From Candidatus Zixiibacteriota bacterium (GTDB lineage Bacteria > Zixibacteria > MSB-5A5 > WJJR01), in the NCBI GenBank assembly GCA_036170655.1, contig JAVHPP010000092.1, forward strand, positions 1 through 12,442: DNA of 12,442 bases, in the 5' to 3' direction. The notes below the pieces were generated by a model. It made no database searches and was not told the origin of the DNA. It saw nothing but the letters and a program-made list of their open reading frames with translations. The position numbers and the translations under genes are program-made. This document shows, one piece after another, positions 1-7,563 of the stretch (position 1 is its first letter; each line of letters opens with the position of its first letter).

Positions 1-437
1 GACAGAGCTACAACATCGTCGGCCACGTCCACTTCTTAACGTTCTCGTGTTTTCGGCGGCAGCGGTTTCTCCGTGGTGAATTCGAATGTGGCTGTTTTGC
101 TGCGTCTCTCCATGCTGCCCGTGACGTGGAGCATTTTGATCTCTGGGCGTATGTCATCATGCCGGAGCACGTGCATCTGCTGCTTGGTCCGCGTTGTGCT
201 GATTACGAAATGGCGTCGATCTTGCGCCGGATCAAGGAACCGGCATCACGGAGGATTCTCGCGGAGTGGCGTGCACACCTCTCGGAACGAATGCCTCAGG
301 CCCATGATGTCATTCGCGGTCGGCACGTCCATCGCTTCTGGCAGCCGGGTGGTGGATTTGATCGCAAACTTCTTTTTCCCACGGCACATCCCTGCCCGAA
401 AATCGGTAGACCCGATCAGGTCCTGCGGGTTTCTTGA
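1..437 (+). pseudogene. REP-associated tyrosine transposase (RAYT, IS200/IS605 TnpA superfamily); 5' end outside the window, 3'-truncated
   Basis: Frame 3 is open from base 3 and reads ..GHVHFLTFSCFRR..DLWAYVIMPEHVHLLL..HRFWQPGGGFDR, i.e. RAYT motifs including the HUH (HVH). After FDR (about 366) the frame becomes unrelated sequence and stops at 437 without the YIHxNP catalytic-Tyr motif. Confidence 0.85.
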
Positions 438-441
438 CGGC

Positions 442-987
442 ATGAAGGGACTCGATTACCAGACGATGGTCGAAGCAATGACGTCGAATGACTCGTCGTA
501 CAACGGGAGATTCTACGTTGGGGTCCTGTCGACGCGAATCTATTGCCTTCCCTCGTGCCGGGCGCGGCTGCCGTTGTTGAAGAATGTGCGGTTCTTCCCG
601 ACTCGTGAAGAGGCGATTGCGGCCGGGCTGCGGGGGTGCAAACGGTGCAGGGCGGCGCAGTTTCCGGATGTGTTGCCGGGGTGGCTGGGGACCCTGCTGC
701 GGTACATGCGCGAGCATCGCGATGAGCGGCTCGACGAGGCGCGTTTGCGCGTGATGACGCAGGTGGACATTTCGACTGTCCGGCGATATTTCAAGGCGCA
801 TCTGCGGATGACGCCGTTGGCATTTCATCGGCAGCTGCGTCTGGATTATGCGCGGGAACTGATCGAGTCTGGCGCCGGCTATCTGGCTGCCGCTTATGAA
901 TGCGGATACGAGTCACCGAGCGCATTCCGCGAGGCGTTTGTCCACCTGTATGGCCGTCCACCGGGGAGTTTCCATGTCCGAAAGTAG
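442..987 (+). CDS. adaA: Ada-like methylphosphotriester-DNA methyltransferase / AraC-family activator (N-Ada Zn domain plus HTH), about 181 aa
   Basis: DSSYNGRFYVGVLSTRIYCLPSC..RGCKRC gives the four Zn-binding Cys of N-Ada; the C-terminus is an AraC-type HTH (AAYECGYESPSAFREAF..YGRPP). Start set to ATG 442 because the ORF-track extension from 73 overlaps the RAYT. Confidence 0.9.
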   Translation: MKGLDYQTMVEAMTSNDSSYNGRFYVGVLSTRIYCLPSCRARLPLLKNVRFFPTREEAIAAGLRGCKRCRAAQFPDVLPGWLGTLLRYMREHRDERLDEARLRVMTQVDISTVRRYFKAHLRMTPLAFHRQLRLDYARELIESGAGYLAAAYECGYESPSAFREAFVHLYGRPPGSFHVRK

Positions 988-1552
988 CATTGTCTGTCGT
1001 GATTTCGACAGCCCGCTTGGTCCAATGATCGCGGGCGCCACGCCCAAGGGCATTTGCTTTCTCGAATGGCATGATCGTGGCGGCGTCGAACGCATCGTGC
1101 AGCGTGTGCAGAAACGCTACAAGATGGCGGTGACGCCGGGCAACAACGCGCACCTTGATCGTCTTGAGCGCCAATTGACCGCGTATTTCTCGGGGACAGC
1201 CACACGATTCAAGACACCCACCGACGTGACCGGAACAACATTCGAGCAAACTGTCTGGGCCCAGCTTCTCACGATTCCTTACGGACAGACCAGAACCTAC
1301 GGTGAGATTGCAGCGGCGCTTGGAAAGGCCGGCGCGCAGCGCGCGGTCGGCCGTGCCAATGCCGCAAACTTTGTCTCGATAGTCATCCCCTGCCATCGCG
1401 TGATCGATGCGAATGGTAATCTGCACGGATACGGCGGCGGGCTCTGGCGGAAGAAGTGGCTGCTGGAGTTGGAGTGCGGAGGCGGGGTTCCCGAAGTCGA
1501 GATGGATGTCGACGCGGCGAGCAGCGTTTCACCTTCGTTGCGCCTGTTATGA
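974..1552 (+). CDS. ogt: Methylated-DNA--protein-cysteine S-methyltransferase (O6-alkylguanine alkyltransferase, AdaB/Ogt), about 192 aa
   Basis: SPLG N-terminal motif, GTTFEQTVW, IPYGQTRTYGEIA, RAVGRANAAN, active site IPCHRV, GYGGGLWRKKWLLELE. GGGGAG RBS at 963-968 precedes ATG 974, which overlaps the end of adaA by 14 nt. Confidence 0.95.
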   Translation: MSESSIVCRDFDSPLGPMIAGATPKGICFLEWHDRGGVERIVQRVQKRYKMAVTPGNNAHLDRLERQLTAYFSGTATRFKTPTDVTGTTFEQTVWAQLLTIPYGQTRTYGEIAAALGKAGAQRAVGRANAANFVSIVIPCHRVIDANGNLHGYGGGLWRKKWLLELECGGGVPEVEMDVDAASSVSPSLRLL

Positions 1553-1605
1553 ATTGCAGACATGGGCACAACCACCCCGGATAGACATGAGTCACCGAGC
1601 TGAAA

Positions 1606-1635
1606 CGTAGGGGCGCACGGCTGTGCGCCCCTACG
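1606..1635. repeat. GTAG-type REP palindrome
   Basis: CGTAGGGGCGCAC-GGCT-GTGCGCCCCTACG: perfect 13-bp arms with GTAG/CTAC ends, extragenic, about 1.2 kb from a RAYT. Confidence 0.8.
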
Positions 1636-1775
1636 CCTCGGCGAGTCCGGCTCTTGGCAAATCTGCTTGTCCGTGTCCTTTGATGGCAATTCGAAGAAAG
1701 ACACCGACAAGGGTGGCCAAGCCAAAGAGCGGCGTGGTTACCCTTTCCCGTAGCCCCTCGCGCAGGATCACAGTC

Positions 1776-1803
1776 AGAGGGGCGGTGCGAAGACCGCCCC
1801 TCT
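1776..1803. terminator. GC-rich hairpin between convergent ogt and cupin genes; probable (possibly bidirectional) terminator
   Basis: AGAGGGGCGGT-GCGAAG-ACCGCCCCTCT, perfect 11-bp stem 30 nt past the cupin stop; no clear U-tract on either side. Confidence 0.55.
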
Positions 1804-1833
1804 CAACCATTGCTTGAACCTGCATTGTGCAAT

Positions 1834-2238
1834 CTACTTCTTCAGCGGCGCCGCCTTGGGGGCCGGCTCCTTCAATTCGTTCACGATCAGGACAACGTCA
1901 GTCGTCCCGACGTTCTTCCCCTTATGGCTTTGGGCTGGCAGCCATAGGACGTCACCGGCCTTGAACTCGATGTCCTGCGTCTTCCCGTCGGCGCCGGTCA
2001 CTTGTAGCTTGCCGCCTGAATTGACATAGACAAGGTGATCAGGATGAGAGTGCATTGGCATTGAGTCACCTGGCTTGAATCTGGCTTCGCAAACCCGGAC
2101 CCGCTCGTTTTCAAAAAGGGTCTTGTAAATGCCCGGCCCAACCTTGACCGGATCCTGCGCACGGACGGCGGTTGCCGCCAAGACACCCATGATGACCACG
2201 GCGAAGAGGCCTGTGGTCAGTTTCATACTGCGTTTCAT
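1834..2238 (-). CDS. Exported cupin-domain protein, about 134 aa
   Basis: AGGAGG RBS (2245-2250) before ATG 2238; signal peptide MKRSMKLTTGLFAVVIMGVLAATAVRA/QD; cupin motifs FENERVRV..PGDSMPMHSHPDH..GDVLWLPAQSH..NVG. Confidence 0.85.
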   Translation of the reverse strand: MKRSMKLTTGLFAVVIMGVLAATAVRAQDPVKVGPGIYKTLFENERVRVCEARFKPGDSMPMHSHPDHLVYVNSGGKLQVTGADGKTQDIEFKAGDVLWLPAQSHKGKNVGTTDVVLIVNELKEPAPKAAPLKK

Positions 2239-2696
2239 AACGATCCTCCTTTGGTGCGTCGATGAGTTGATCCAAACCGTTTCCACATTGTCGGCCTTAG
2301 GCTCAGAGCGAACCGACATGGCCAAAATCTACGACGTAATCATGACTATTACAATCTTATTTCCGCACGGCCAGCTGTACCCTCCGAGCGGCGAGGAATC
2401 GCCGTTTCTCCTCAGGTTTCTGAACCGCGTCGTGGGGAAGGTTTCCGAGGTCGCTGGCAACTGCCTTCTTTTGATGACCACCATCTTTCCGTGAAACTGT
2501 AAACATTTGACCGAGTTAGTCCTTCTTTCGAGAAACAAATACCACCGCATCCGGTCTTTGTGCCAAAAAGCTTTGGCGCCGGCCAGATTCCGGGGTCAAC
2601 CGGTTGTTTATACCGGAATCGGTTCGGTCGGGATTCGGTCGGAACCGGACCGGGTATCGAGATATGAGCCGCAGACGACAGAAACGGGAATTGGCT

Positions 2697-3674
2697 CTAC
2701 TGCAAATGCATCGCCCGTCGTACTTCGACCATCGTCGCGGAGGCTTTCGCGCGGGCGCGCTCGGCGCCAAATTTGAGGGCGCGCGTGACACTCGAGGGGT
2801 CTTTCTCCAAGAGGGCGCGGCGTGAACGGACCGGACGCAGGACAGCATTGAGATTGTCGGCCAGCTTCATTTTGCAATCGACGCAGCCGAGCGCGCCGGA
2901 GCGGCAGGGCGGAGCGATCTCGGTCTCGTGCGCGGGCGTGTAAATCTTGTGCAGGTCGTAGACAGGGCAAACCTCCGGACGACCGGGGTCTCCCCGACGT
3001 AATTTCTGCGGGTCGGTGAACATCTTCTTCAGACGAGATCGCGTTTCCTCTTCGGACATCGATAGCGAAATCTCGTTCCCGTATGACTTGCTCATCTTAC
3101 GTCCATCGATGCCGGGGACAGCGGCGAACGTGGTCAGCTTGGCTTGGGGCTCGGGGAAGACTTCACCATAGAGCGTGTTGAAGCGCCGCGCCACCTCGCG
3201 AGTCAGTTCGATGTGGGGTAACTGGTCCTTCCCGACGGGCACCCAGCCGGCACGGTAGACCAGAATGTCGGCCGCCTGCAAAAGCGGGTACCCCAGAAAG
3301 CCGTATGAGTCCAGCCCCAGTTCTTCGGATTTCTCCTTGTAGCTTGGCACCCGTTCCAGCCACGGGATGGGAACGATCATCGAGAACAGGAGATGCAATT
3401 CGGCGTGCTCTTTGACCTGTGACTGCACGAAGATCGCGGTCTTCTCGGGGTTCAAACCGGCCGCGAGGTAATCGATCGCCATCTGGTGAATCTTCTCCGG
3501 CAAATCGGCGGTTTTCTCGAATTCGGCGGTCAGCGCATGCCAGTCGACAATGCAGCAGTACATCTCGAAGTCATTCTGCAACGCCACCCAGTTCTTCAGC
3601 GCGCCTTCGTAGTTGCCCAGATGCAAACGTCCTGTTGGTTGCATGCCGGAGAGGATGATGTTGTTTTTCGTCAT
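2697..3674 (-). CDS. trpS: Tryptophan--tRNA ligase, about 325 aa
   Basis: SGMQPTGRLHLGNY (HIGH-like), YPLLQAADIL, VPVGKDQLPH, KMSKS; also carries the C..C..GCVDCK cysteine cluster seen in some TrpRS. GAAGGGAG RBS before ATG 3674. Confidence 0.97.
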   Translation of the reverse strand: MTKNNIILSGMQPTGRLHLGNYEGALKNWVALQNDFEMYCCIVDWHALTAEFEKTADLPEKIHQMAIDYLAAGLNPEKTAIFVQSQVKEHAELHLLFSMIVPIPWLERVPSYKEKSEELGLDSYGFLGYPLLQAADILVYRAGWVPVGKDQLPHIELTREVARRFNTLYGEVFPEPQAKLTTFAAVPGIDGRKMSKSYGNEISLSMSEEETRSRLKKMFTDPQKLRRGDPGRPEVCPVYDLHKIYTPAHETEIAPPCRSGALGCVDCKMKLADNLNAVLRPVRSRRALLEKDPSSVTRALKFGAERARAKASATMVEVRRAMHLQ

Positions 3675-3700
3675 GTCGCTCCCTTCATCACGTTCGGACG

Positions 3701-3729
3701 AATAAACAACACCGGACGGGGATTGCCAA
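3701..3729 (-). promoter_or_regulatory. Possible sigma70-type promoter for trpS
   Basis: Minus strand TTGGCA-N17-TTTATT ending 26 nt upstream of the ATG; the -10 match is weak. Confidence 0.3.
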
Positions 3730-3889
3730 GTATGAGCATTTCCTGTTCGGGCTTTGGACGGCTGGAACTCGTAATCGCATGACCGCAGCCGGTCTGATCG
3801 GCAGATCACAGGTCCCACCTGGCCGTGGGAAACATCCCATAAGTTCCACGGTTCTCACGAAATACCAAATATGAAGTAACACTTTAACT

Positions 3890-4085
3890 GAAACTCCCAT
3901 TCAATTGCTCTGTAACGAAGACGACCGACACTGCCAAAGCTGCATTTGCCCGGAGCGGCCACGGCAAGACAATTGCAATGACTGAGTTCGGATCTAATCC
4001 GCAGAGCGTTGTCGCATTTTGAGAGAGGGGCATAGAGGATGGACCGCGAAGCCCCGCTCGCCGATCGCGAGCGGGGCTTTGTGTT
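3890..4085 (+). ncRNA. Candidate structured small RNA or leader RNA of unknown family
   Basis: Nested complementary segments 3901-3904/4019-4022, 3907-3912/4002-4007, 3941-3944/3974-3977 and 3946-3950/3963-3967. Preceded by an AT-rich stretch and ended by a strong plus-strand terminator that has no upstream plus-strand gene. 5' end approximate. Confidence 0.35.
4049..4085 (+). terminator. Intrinsic terminator
   Basis: AAGCCCCGCTCGC-CGATC-GCGAGCGGGGCTT (13-bp perfect stem) running into TTTGTGTT. Confidence 0.75.
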
Positions 4086-4117
4086 CTGGAGGCGATCCCG
4101 CACCTGAAAGAAAGTGA

Positions 4118-4146
4118 TTGCCGTGTTCAACTTGGGACGGTATCAT
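4118..4146 (+). promoter_or_regulatory. Sigma70-type promoter for the DUF1579 gene
   Basis: TTGCCG (4118-4123)-N17-TATCAT (4141-4146), 32 nt upstream of ATG 4179. Confidence 0.55.
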
Positions 4147-4178
4147 CGGCTTGGTTCTCTACAAGAGAGGAGAGTCTG

Positions 4179-4814
4179 ATGAGACCAAGATTGATGTTGT
4201 GCACCGTGTTTGCTGCCGTCAGCGTGATGCTGGGCGCGGGAGGGGTCATGGGACAAGACAAGAGCAAACCGGGGCCGGCGACAGCTCAGCCGGGTGCGCC
4301 GGACATGCAGGCAATGATGCAAAAGATGATGGAACTGGCCACACCGGGCGCGCCGCACCAGTTGCTCGCCAAGATGGCCGGCAAATGGAGCATTACAACA
4401 CGGATGTGGACAGGAGGCCCGGGCGCCCCTCCGACCGAATCGAAGGGCACCGCGGAGATGGCGATGATCTTTGGCGGGCGATTCCTGTCGCAGGAAGTAA
4501 AGGGAGATTTCAACGGTATGCCCTTTGAAGGAACGGGCATTAACGGTTACGACAACGCCCAGAAGAAGTACATCAGCTTCTGGATTGACAACATGGGAAC
4601 GATGATGATGACCGGACTTGGCACGGCCGATTCTGCGGGCAAAGTCATCACGTACGTGAGTATTTATGATGATCCCATGACGGGTGAGAAAAACAAGAAA
4701 GTACGCCAGGTGATGCGCTTTGTCAGCGATGATCAGATTGCATTCGAGATGTACGACTCACAGCAGGGCAAAGAGTTCAAATCGTTCGACATGACCTACA
4801 ATCGGGTGAAGTAG
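4179..4814 (+). CDS. Exported DUF1579-family protein, 211 aa
   Basis: AGAGGAG RBS; N-terminal signal peptide; motifs ATPGAPHQLLAKMAGKW, GGRFL, FEGTGINGYDNAQKKYISFWIDNMGT that I recognise as DUF1579. Confidence 0.85.
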   Translation: MRPRLMLCTVFAAVSVMLGAGGVMGQDKSKPGPATAQPGAPDMQAMMQKMMELATPGAPHQLLAKMAGKWSITTRMWTGGPGAPPTESKGTAEMAMIFGGRFLSQEVKGDFNGMPFEGTGINGYDNAQKKYISFWIDNMGTMMMTGLGTADSAGKVITYVSIYDDPMTGEKNKKVRQVMRFVSDDQIAFEMYDSQQGKEFKSFDMTYNRVK

Positions 4815-4869
4815 ACCCCTGACGCCGGAGGGTTCCTTTTTTGCCCTCCCGAATATATCGGCCCGATAT

Positions 4870-4904
4870 GAGCGGCCACGGAAGCCCCGTGGCCGCTCTG
4901 CTTT
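4870..4904 (+). terminator. Probable terminator hairpin after the DUF1579 gene
   Basis: GAGCGGCCACGG-AAGCC-CCGTGGCCGCTC (12-bp perfect stem) followed by TGCTTT; smaller hairpins and a T-run also occur at 4817-4869. Confidence 0.6.
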
Positions 4905-5026
4905 GGGGGGCAAGCGTTATCGTTCGATCACTCAGGCTCTGTGATTGGGCCTATACAGGCCAGCCCTTCGATGGGGGCCGGGCGCGTCGGGTGTCAAAAG
5001 GCAGACCAAATCGACAGGAAAATCGA

Positions 5027-5055
5027 TTGGTTTGTGCGGCAAGTTCTGGTATTTT
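5027..5055 (+). promoter_or_regulatory. Possible extended -10 promoter for the PPIase gene
   Basis: TTGGTT-N17-TATTTT with TG one base before the -10 (TGG TATTTT). Confidence 0.3.
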
Positions 5056-5170
5056 GGGATGTTCCGCCGGTTGACAGTGTGGCGCTGGCCATGAGTCGCC
5101 GATGGAGCATATAGCCGAGTTGGTCCTCCGAACATGGGGACCTGTACGCCAACAGGGGAGTCGTAACGCC

Positions 5171-6970
5171 ATGGTAATGAAAGTCATGCGGGCCGGCACA
5201 AAACCGATCCTTTGGATCATCGTCGCGGCCTTTGTCGGAACAATCATTTTCGCTTGGGGTATGGAACTCACGTCGCGCCCGTCGGCACGCGGGGTCATCG
5301 GCGAGGTCAACGGGAAAGAGCTCAAGCTCGATGAGTACACGATGATGTATCAGAATGCGCTCGATCAGCAGCAAAAGCAGCGCGGTGAACTCAGCGACGA
5401 AGACGTGCGCCAACTTCGTAACGACATATTTAAGCAAATGGTGGCCAGCAAGATACTCGTCGCCGAAGTCGACCGGCTCGGCTTGAAGGTGACAAACAGC
5501 GAACTGGCTGAGCACCTGCGCCGTTTTCCGCCGCGGGAGATCCAGACGGCTGAAGTCTTCATGACGAACGGCCGTTTCGACTACAACAAGTATGTGCAGG
5601 CATTTCGCAATCCCGATCCGCAGATGTGGGTGCAGATCGAAGGCTTTACGCGCCCGCGCGTCCTGCAGCAGAAACTCTATGAGTATGTGACCTCGGCGGC
5701 ACGCGTCAACGATCCCGAGGTGCGCGAACTGTACACCGAGGTTTCCGAGAAGGTGCGCGTCCGCTATGTCTTTCTCGGGTCGGGGCAGTTCCGGGATTCG
5801 GTCGGCGAAGTCGACTCCGCCAGAGTACGCGATTACTACAACCAGCATCTCGACCAATACGATCACGAAGAACGGGCACAGTTGAAATATGTCTCGTTCC
5901 CCAAGATTCCCTCCACCGAAGATTCCGCCGAAGTGCAGCGCGATGCCCAGGCCCTGGTCGAGCGTCTGAAATCCGGCGAGGATTTCGCGCAACTGGCGAA
6001 GCAGTACTCCGAGGATGCCAGCGCGCAGAACGGCGGTGATTTGGGCTGGTTTGGCAAGGGGAAGATGGTGGCGCCATTCGAAGCCGCGGCTTTTGCCCTG
6101 GATTCCGGGCAGATTTCACCGGCGGTCATGACTCAATTCGGGTGGCACATTATCAAGAGCGAGGGCCGTCGCACGGTCAACGATTCACTGCAGGTCAAGG
6201 CATCGCACATCCTCCTGCGTTTTCAGCCATCATCTTCGACTCTCTCCGATCTCCGTCTGAAGGCAGAGCAATTGACCTCAGACACCCGCAAAGACGGCTT
6301 TGATGCTGTTGCTACACGCGAGAAATTTAACGCCACCAGCACCGGCTGGTTCACACGCGGTACGGCGATCGCCGGGATTGGCGATGAACCCCTGCTGGGC
6401 GATTTCGCCTTCAGCAACAAGGTCGGCAGCATCTCCGATCCGTACGATACACCGCGCGAGTATGTCGTGGCGCTGCTGGTCGAGCATCAGGATGCCGGAC
6501 GCTCCGGGTTCCCCGAAGTGGCGGCCTCCATAAGGTCGAAACTCTTGTCCGACCTCACACGCGACAAAGCGGCTGAGCGGCTGTCGTCCATCCGGAGTCT
6601 GGTGGCCAGCGGCGTTCCGATGGCCCAAGCGGCGCTCACCATCAAGGCAACCTTCGACAGCACGGACTATTTTGGACGCTTCGAGCCGGCGCAACGATTT
6701 GGAGATGACCCGGTTTTCCACGGCGTGGCGTTCTCACTCACACCGTCACAGCCCCTCTCCCCGGTTGCGAAGATCACCTTCGGCGCGGTGTTGATGCAAC
6801 TCGCGGGCCAACAGACACCCAACATGCAGCTCTTTGCCGAGAAGCGCGATTCGATTATGACATCGGCGCTGGAAAACAAGAAACAGATCATCTACAACAA
6901 CTGGTACGGTGATTTGGAGAAGAAGTCGAGCGTCAAAGACTACCGTTACCAAACCGGCGGCTTGTACTAG
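5171..6970 (+). CDS. Membrane-anchored periplasmic chaperone / parvulin-type peptidyl-prolyl isomerase (PpiD/SurA-like), about 599 aa
   Basis: N-terminal TM helix ([18 protein letters not shown]), SurA_N-like region (IGEVNGKEL), rotamase motif [64 protein letters not shown] at 5154-5160 supports ATG 5171 rather than 5102. Confidence 0.9.
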   Translation: MVMKVMRAGTKPILWIIVAAFVGTIIFAWGMELTSRPSARGVIGEVNGKELKLDEYTMMYQNALDQQQKQRGELSDEDVRQLRNDIFKQMVASKILVAEVDRLGLKVTNSELAEHLRRFPPREIQTAEVFMTNGRFDYNKYVQAFRNPDPQMWVQIEGFTRPRVLQQKLYEYVTSAARVNDPEVRELYTEVSEKVRVRYVFLGSGQFRDSVGEVDSARVRDYYNQHLDQYDHEERAQLKYVSFPKIPSTEDSAEVQRDAQALVERLKSGEDFAQLAKQYSEDASAQNGGDLGWFGKGKMVAPFEAAAFALDSGQISPAVMTQFGWHIIKSEGRRTVNDSLQVKASHILLRFQPSSSTLSDLRLKAEQLTSDTRKDGFDAVATREKFNATSTGWFTRGTAIAGIGDEPLLGDFAFSNKVGSISDPYDTPREYVVALLVEHQDAGRSGFPEVAASIRSKLLSDLTRDKAAERLSSIRSLVASGVPMAQAALTIKATFDSTDYFGRFEPAQRFGDDPVFHGVAFSLTPSQPLSPVAKITFGAVLMQLAGQQTPNMQLFAEKRDSIMTSALENKKQIIYNNWYGDLEKKSSVKDYRYQTGGLY

Positions 6971-7563
6971 AGTCGGTTTCATAACCGCCTCACTGTAATG
7001 ATGATGAAGGCGAGATGAAGGAAGGCACAAAACATCAGGGCATAGTATTCATGCCGGACAATGAGTCGGCGGAACCGTTGGATCCACGAGAAGGTCCGCT
7101 CGATGATCCAGCGGTGCTGGTAACGCCGGAGGGGCCGTCCGTCTTGCGGCTTGGCTTTCTTTCGCGAGGAGCGGTAGGGCACAATCAACCGGATGCCACG
7201 GCGGGCCAAGTTGCGGCGCAACGGGTCACTGTCGTACGCCCGGTTGGCGATTAGCCACGGCAGGCGGGTACGGGGGACGCGCACATCCTCCAACACCTCT
7301 TCCAACAACGTCACTTCGCGGGCAAGGCGCTGTCCACATGCAGCCCCAAGGGGTGCCCTTGCCGTCGGTCACCAGCATCACTTTGGACCCTTTGCCCCGC
7401 TTGGTCGGGCCGATTTCATCGCCCCCCTTTCGCGGAGGCGAAGGTCGCATCCACGAAGCTTTCGGTCACCTTCAGCCGTCCGCGCCGCCGCAGCCAATGC
7501 AGCAGGGTCCGCTAAATGTCGTCCCACACACCCAACTGCTCATACAACGCCAGCCGCCGCCAG
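6971..7563 (-). mobile_element. Degenerate IS5-family (IS427/IS1031-like) element, 3' portion only
   Basis: Across frames: WRRLALYEQLGVWDDI*RTLL..ESFVDATFASAK / GGDEIGPTKRGKGSKVMLVTDGKGTP / LGLHVDSA / EVTLLEEVL..LIANRAYDSDPLR..RWIIERTFSWIQRFRRL. In-frame TAG at 7512-7514, several frameshifts, and N in place of the expected catalytic D (7243-7245). The putative end AGTCGGTTTCATAA abuts CTAG at 6967-6970. Confidence 0.85.

Noticed and set aside
73..441. 123-aa N-terminal extension of the Ada ORF in the ORF track
   Set aside because: It is an alternative frame of the RAYT remnant; Ada-like sequence begins only after ATG 442.
3905..3985. 26-codon Cys-rich ORF (TTG start, MLCNEDDRHCQSCICPERPRQDNCND, 5 Cys)
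   Set aside because: TTG start without an RBS and no modifying or partner genes nearby. Kept only as a weak alternative explanation for the terminated transcript.
3930..4015. Resemblance of GGCAA..GGATCTAA to a c-di-GMP-I riboswitch
   Set aside because: Lacks the GAAA tetraloop stem and a correctly placed GCAAAG junction; only short words match.
3675..4080. T-box leader upstream of trpS
   Set aside because: No T-box consensus (UGGNACC bulge) before a minus-strand terminator near the trpS start; the strong hairpin has its T-tract on the plus strand.
4994..5992. 332-aa minus-strand ORF
   Set aside because: Antisense shadow of the PPIase gene with no recognisable motifs; common in GC-rich DNA.
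6979..7314. 111-aa ORF as a functional transposase
   Set aside because: Only the C-terminal fragment of a multiply frameshifted IS5 transposase, with an apparent catalytic D-to-N change.
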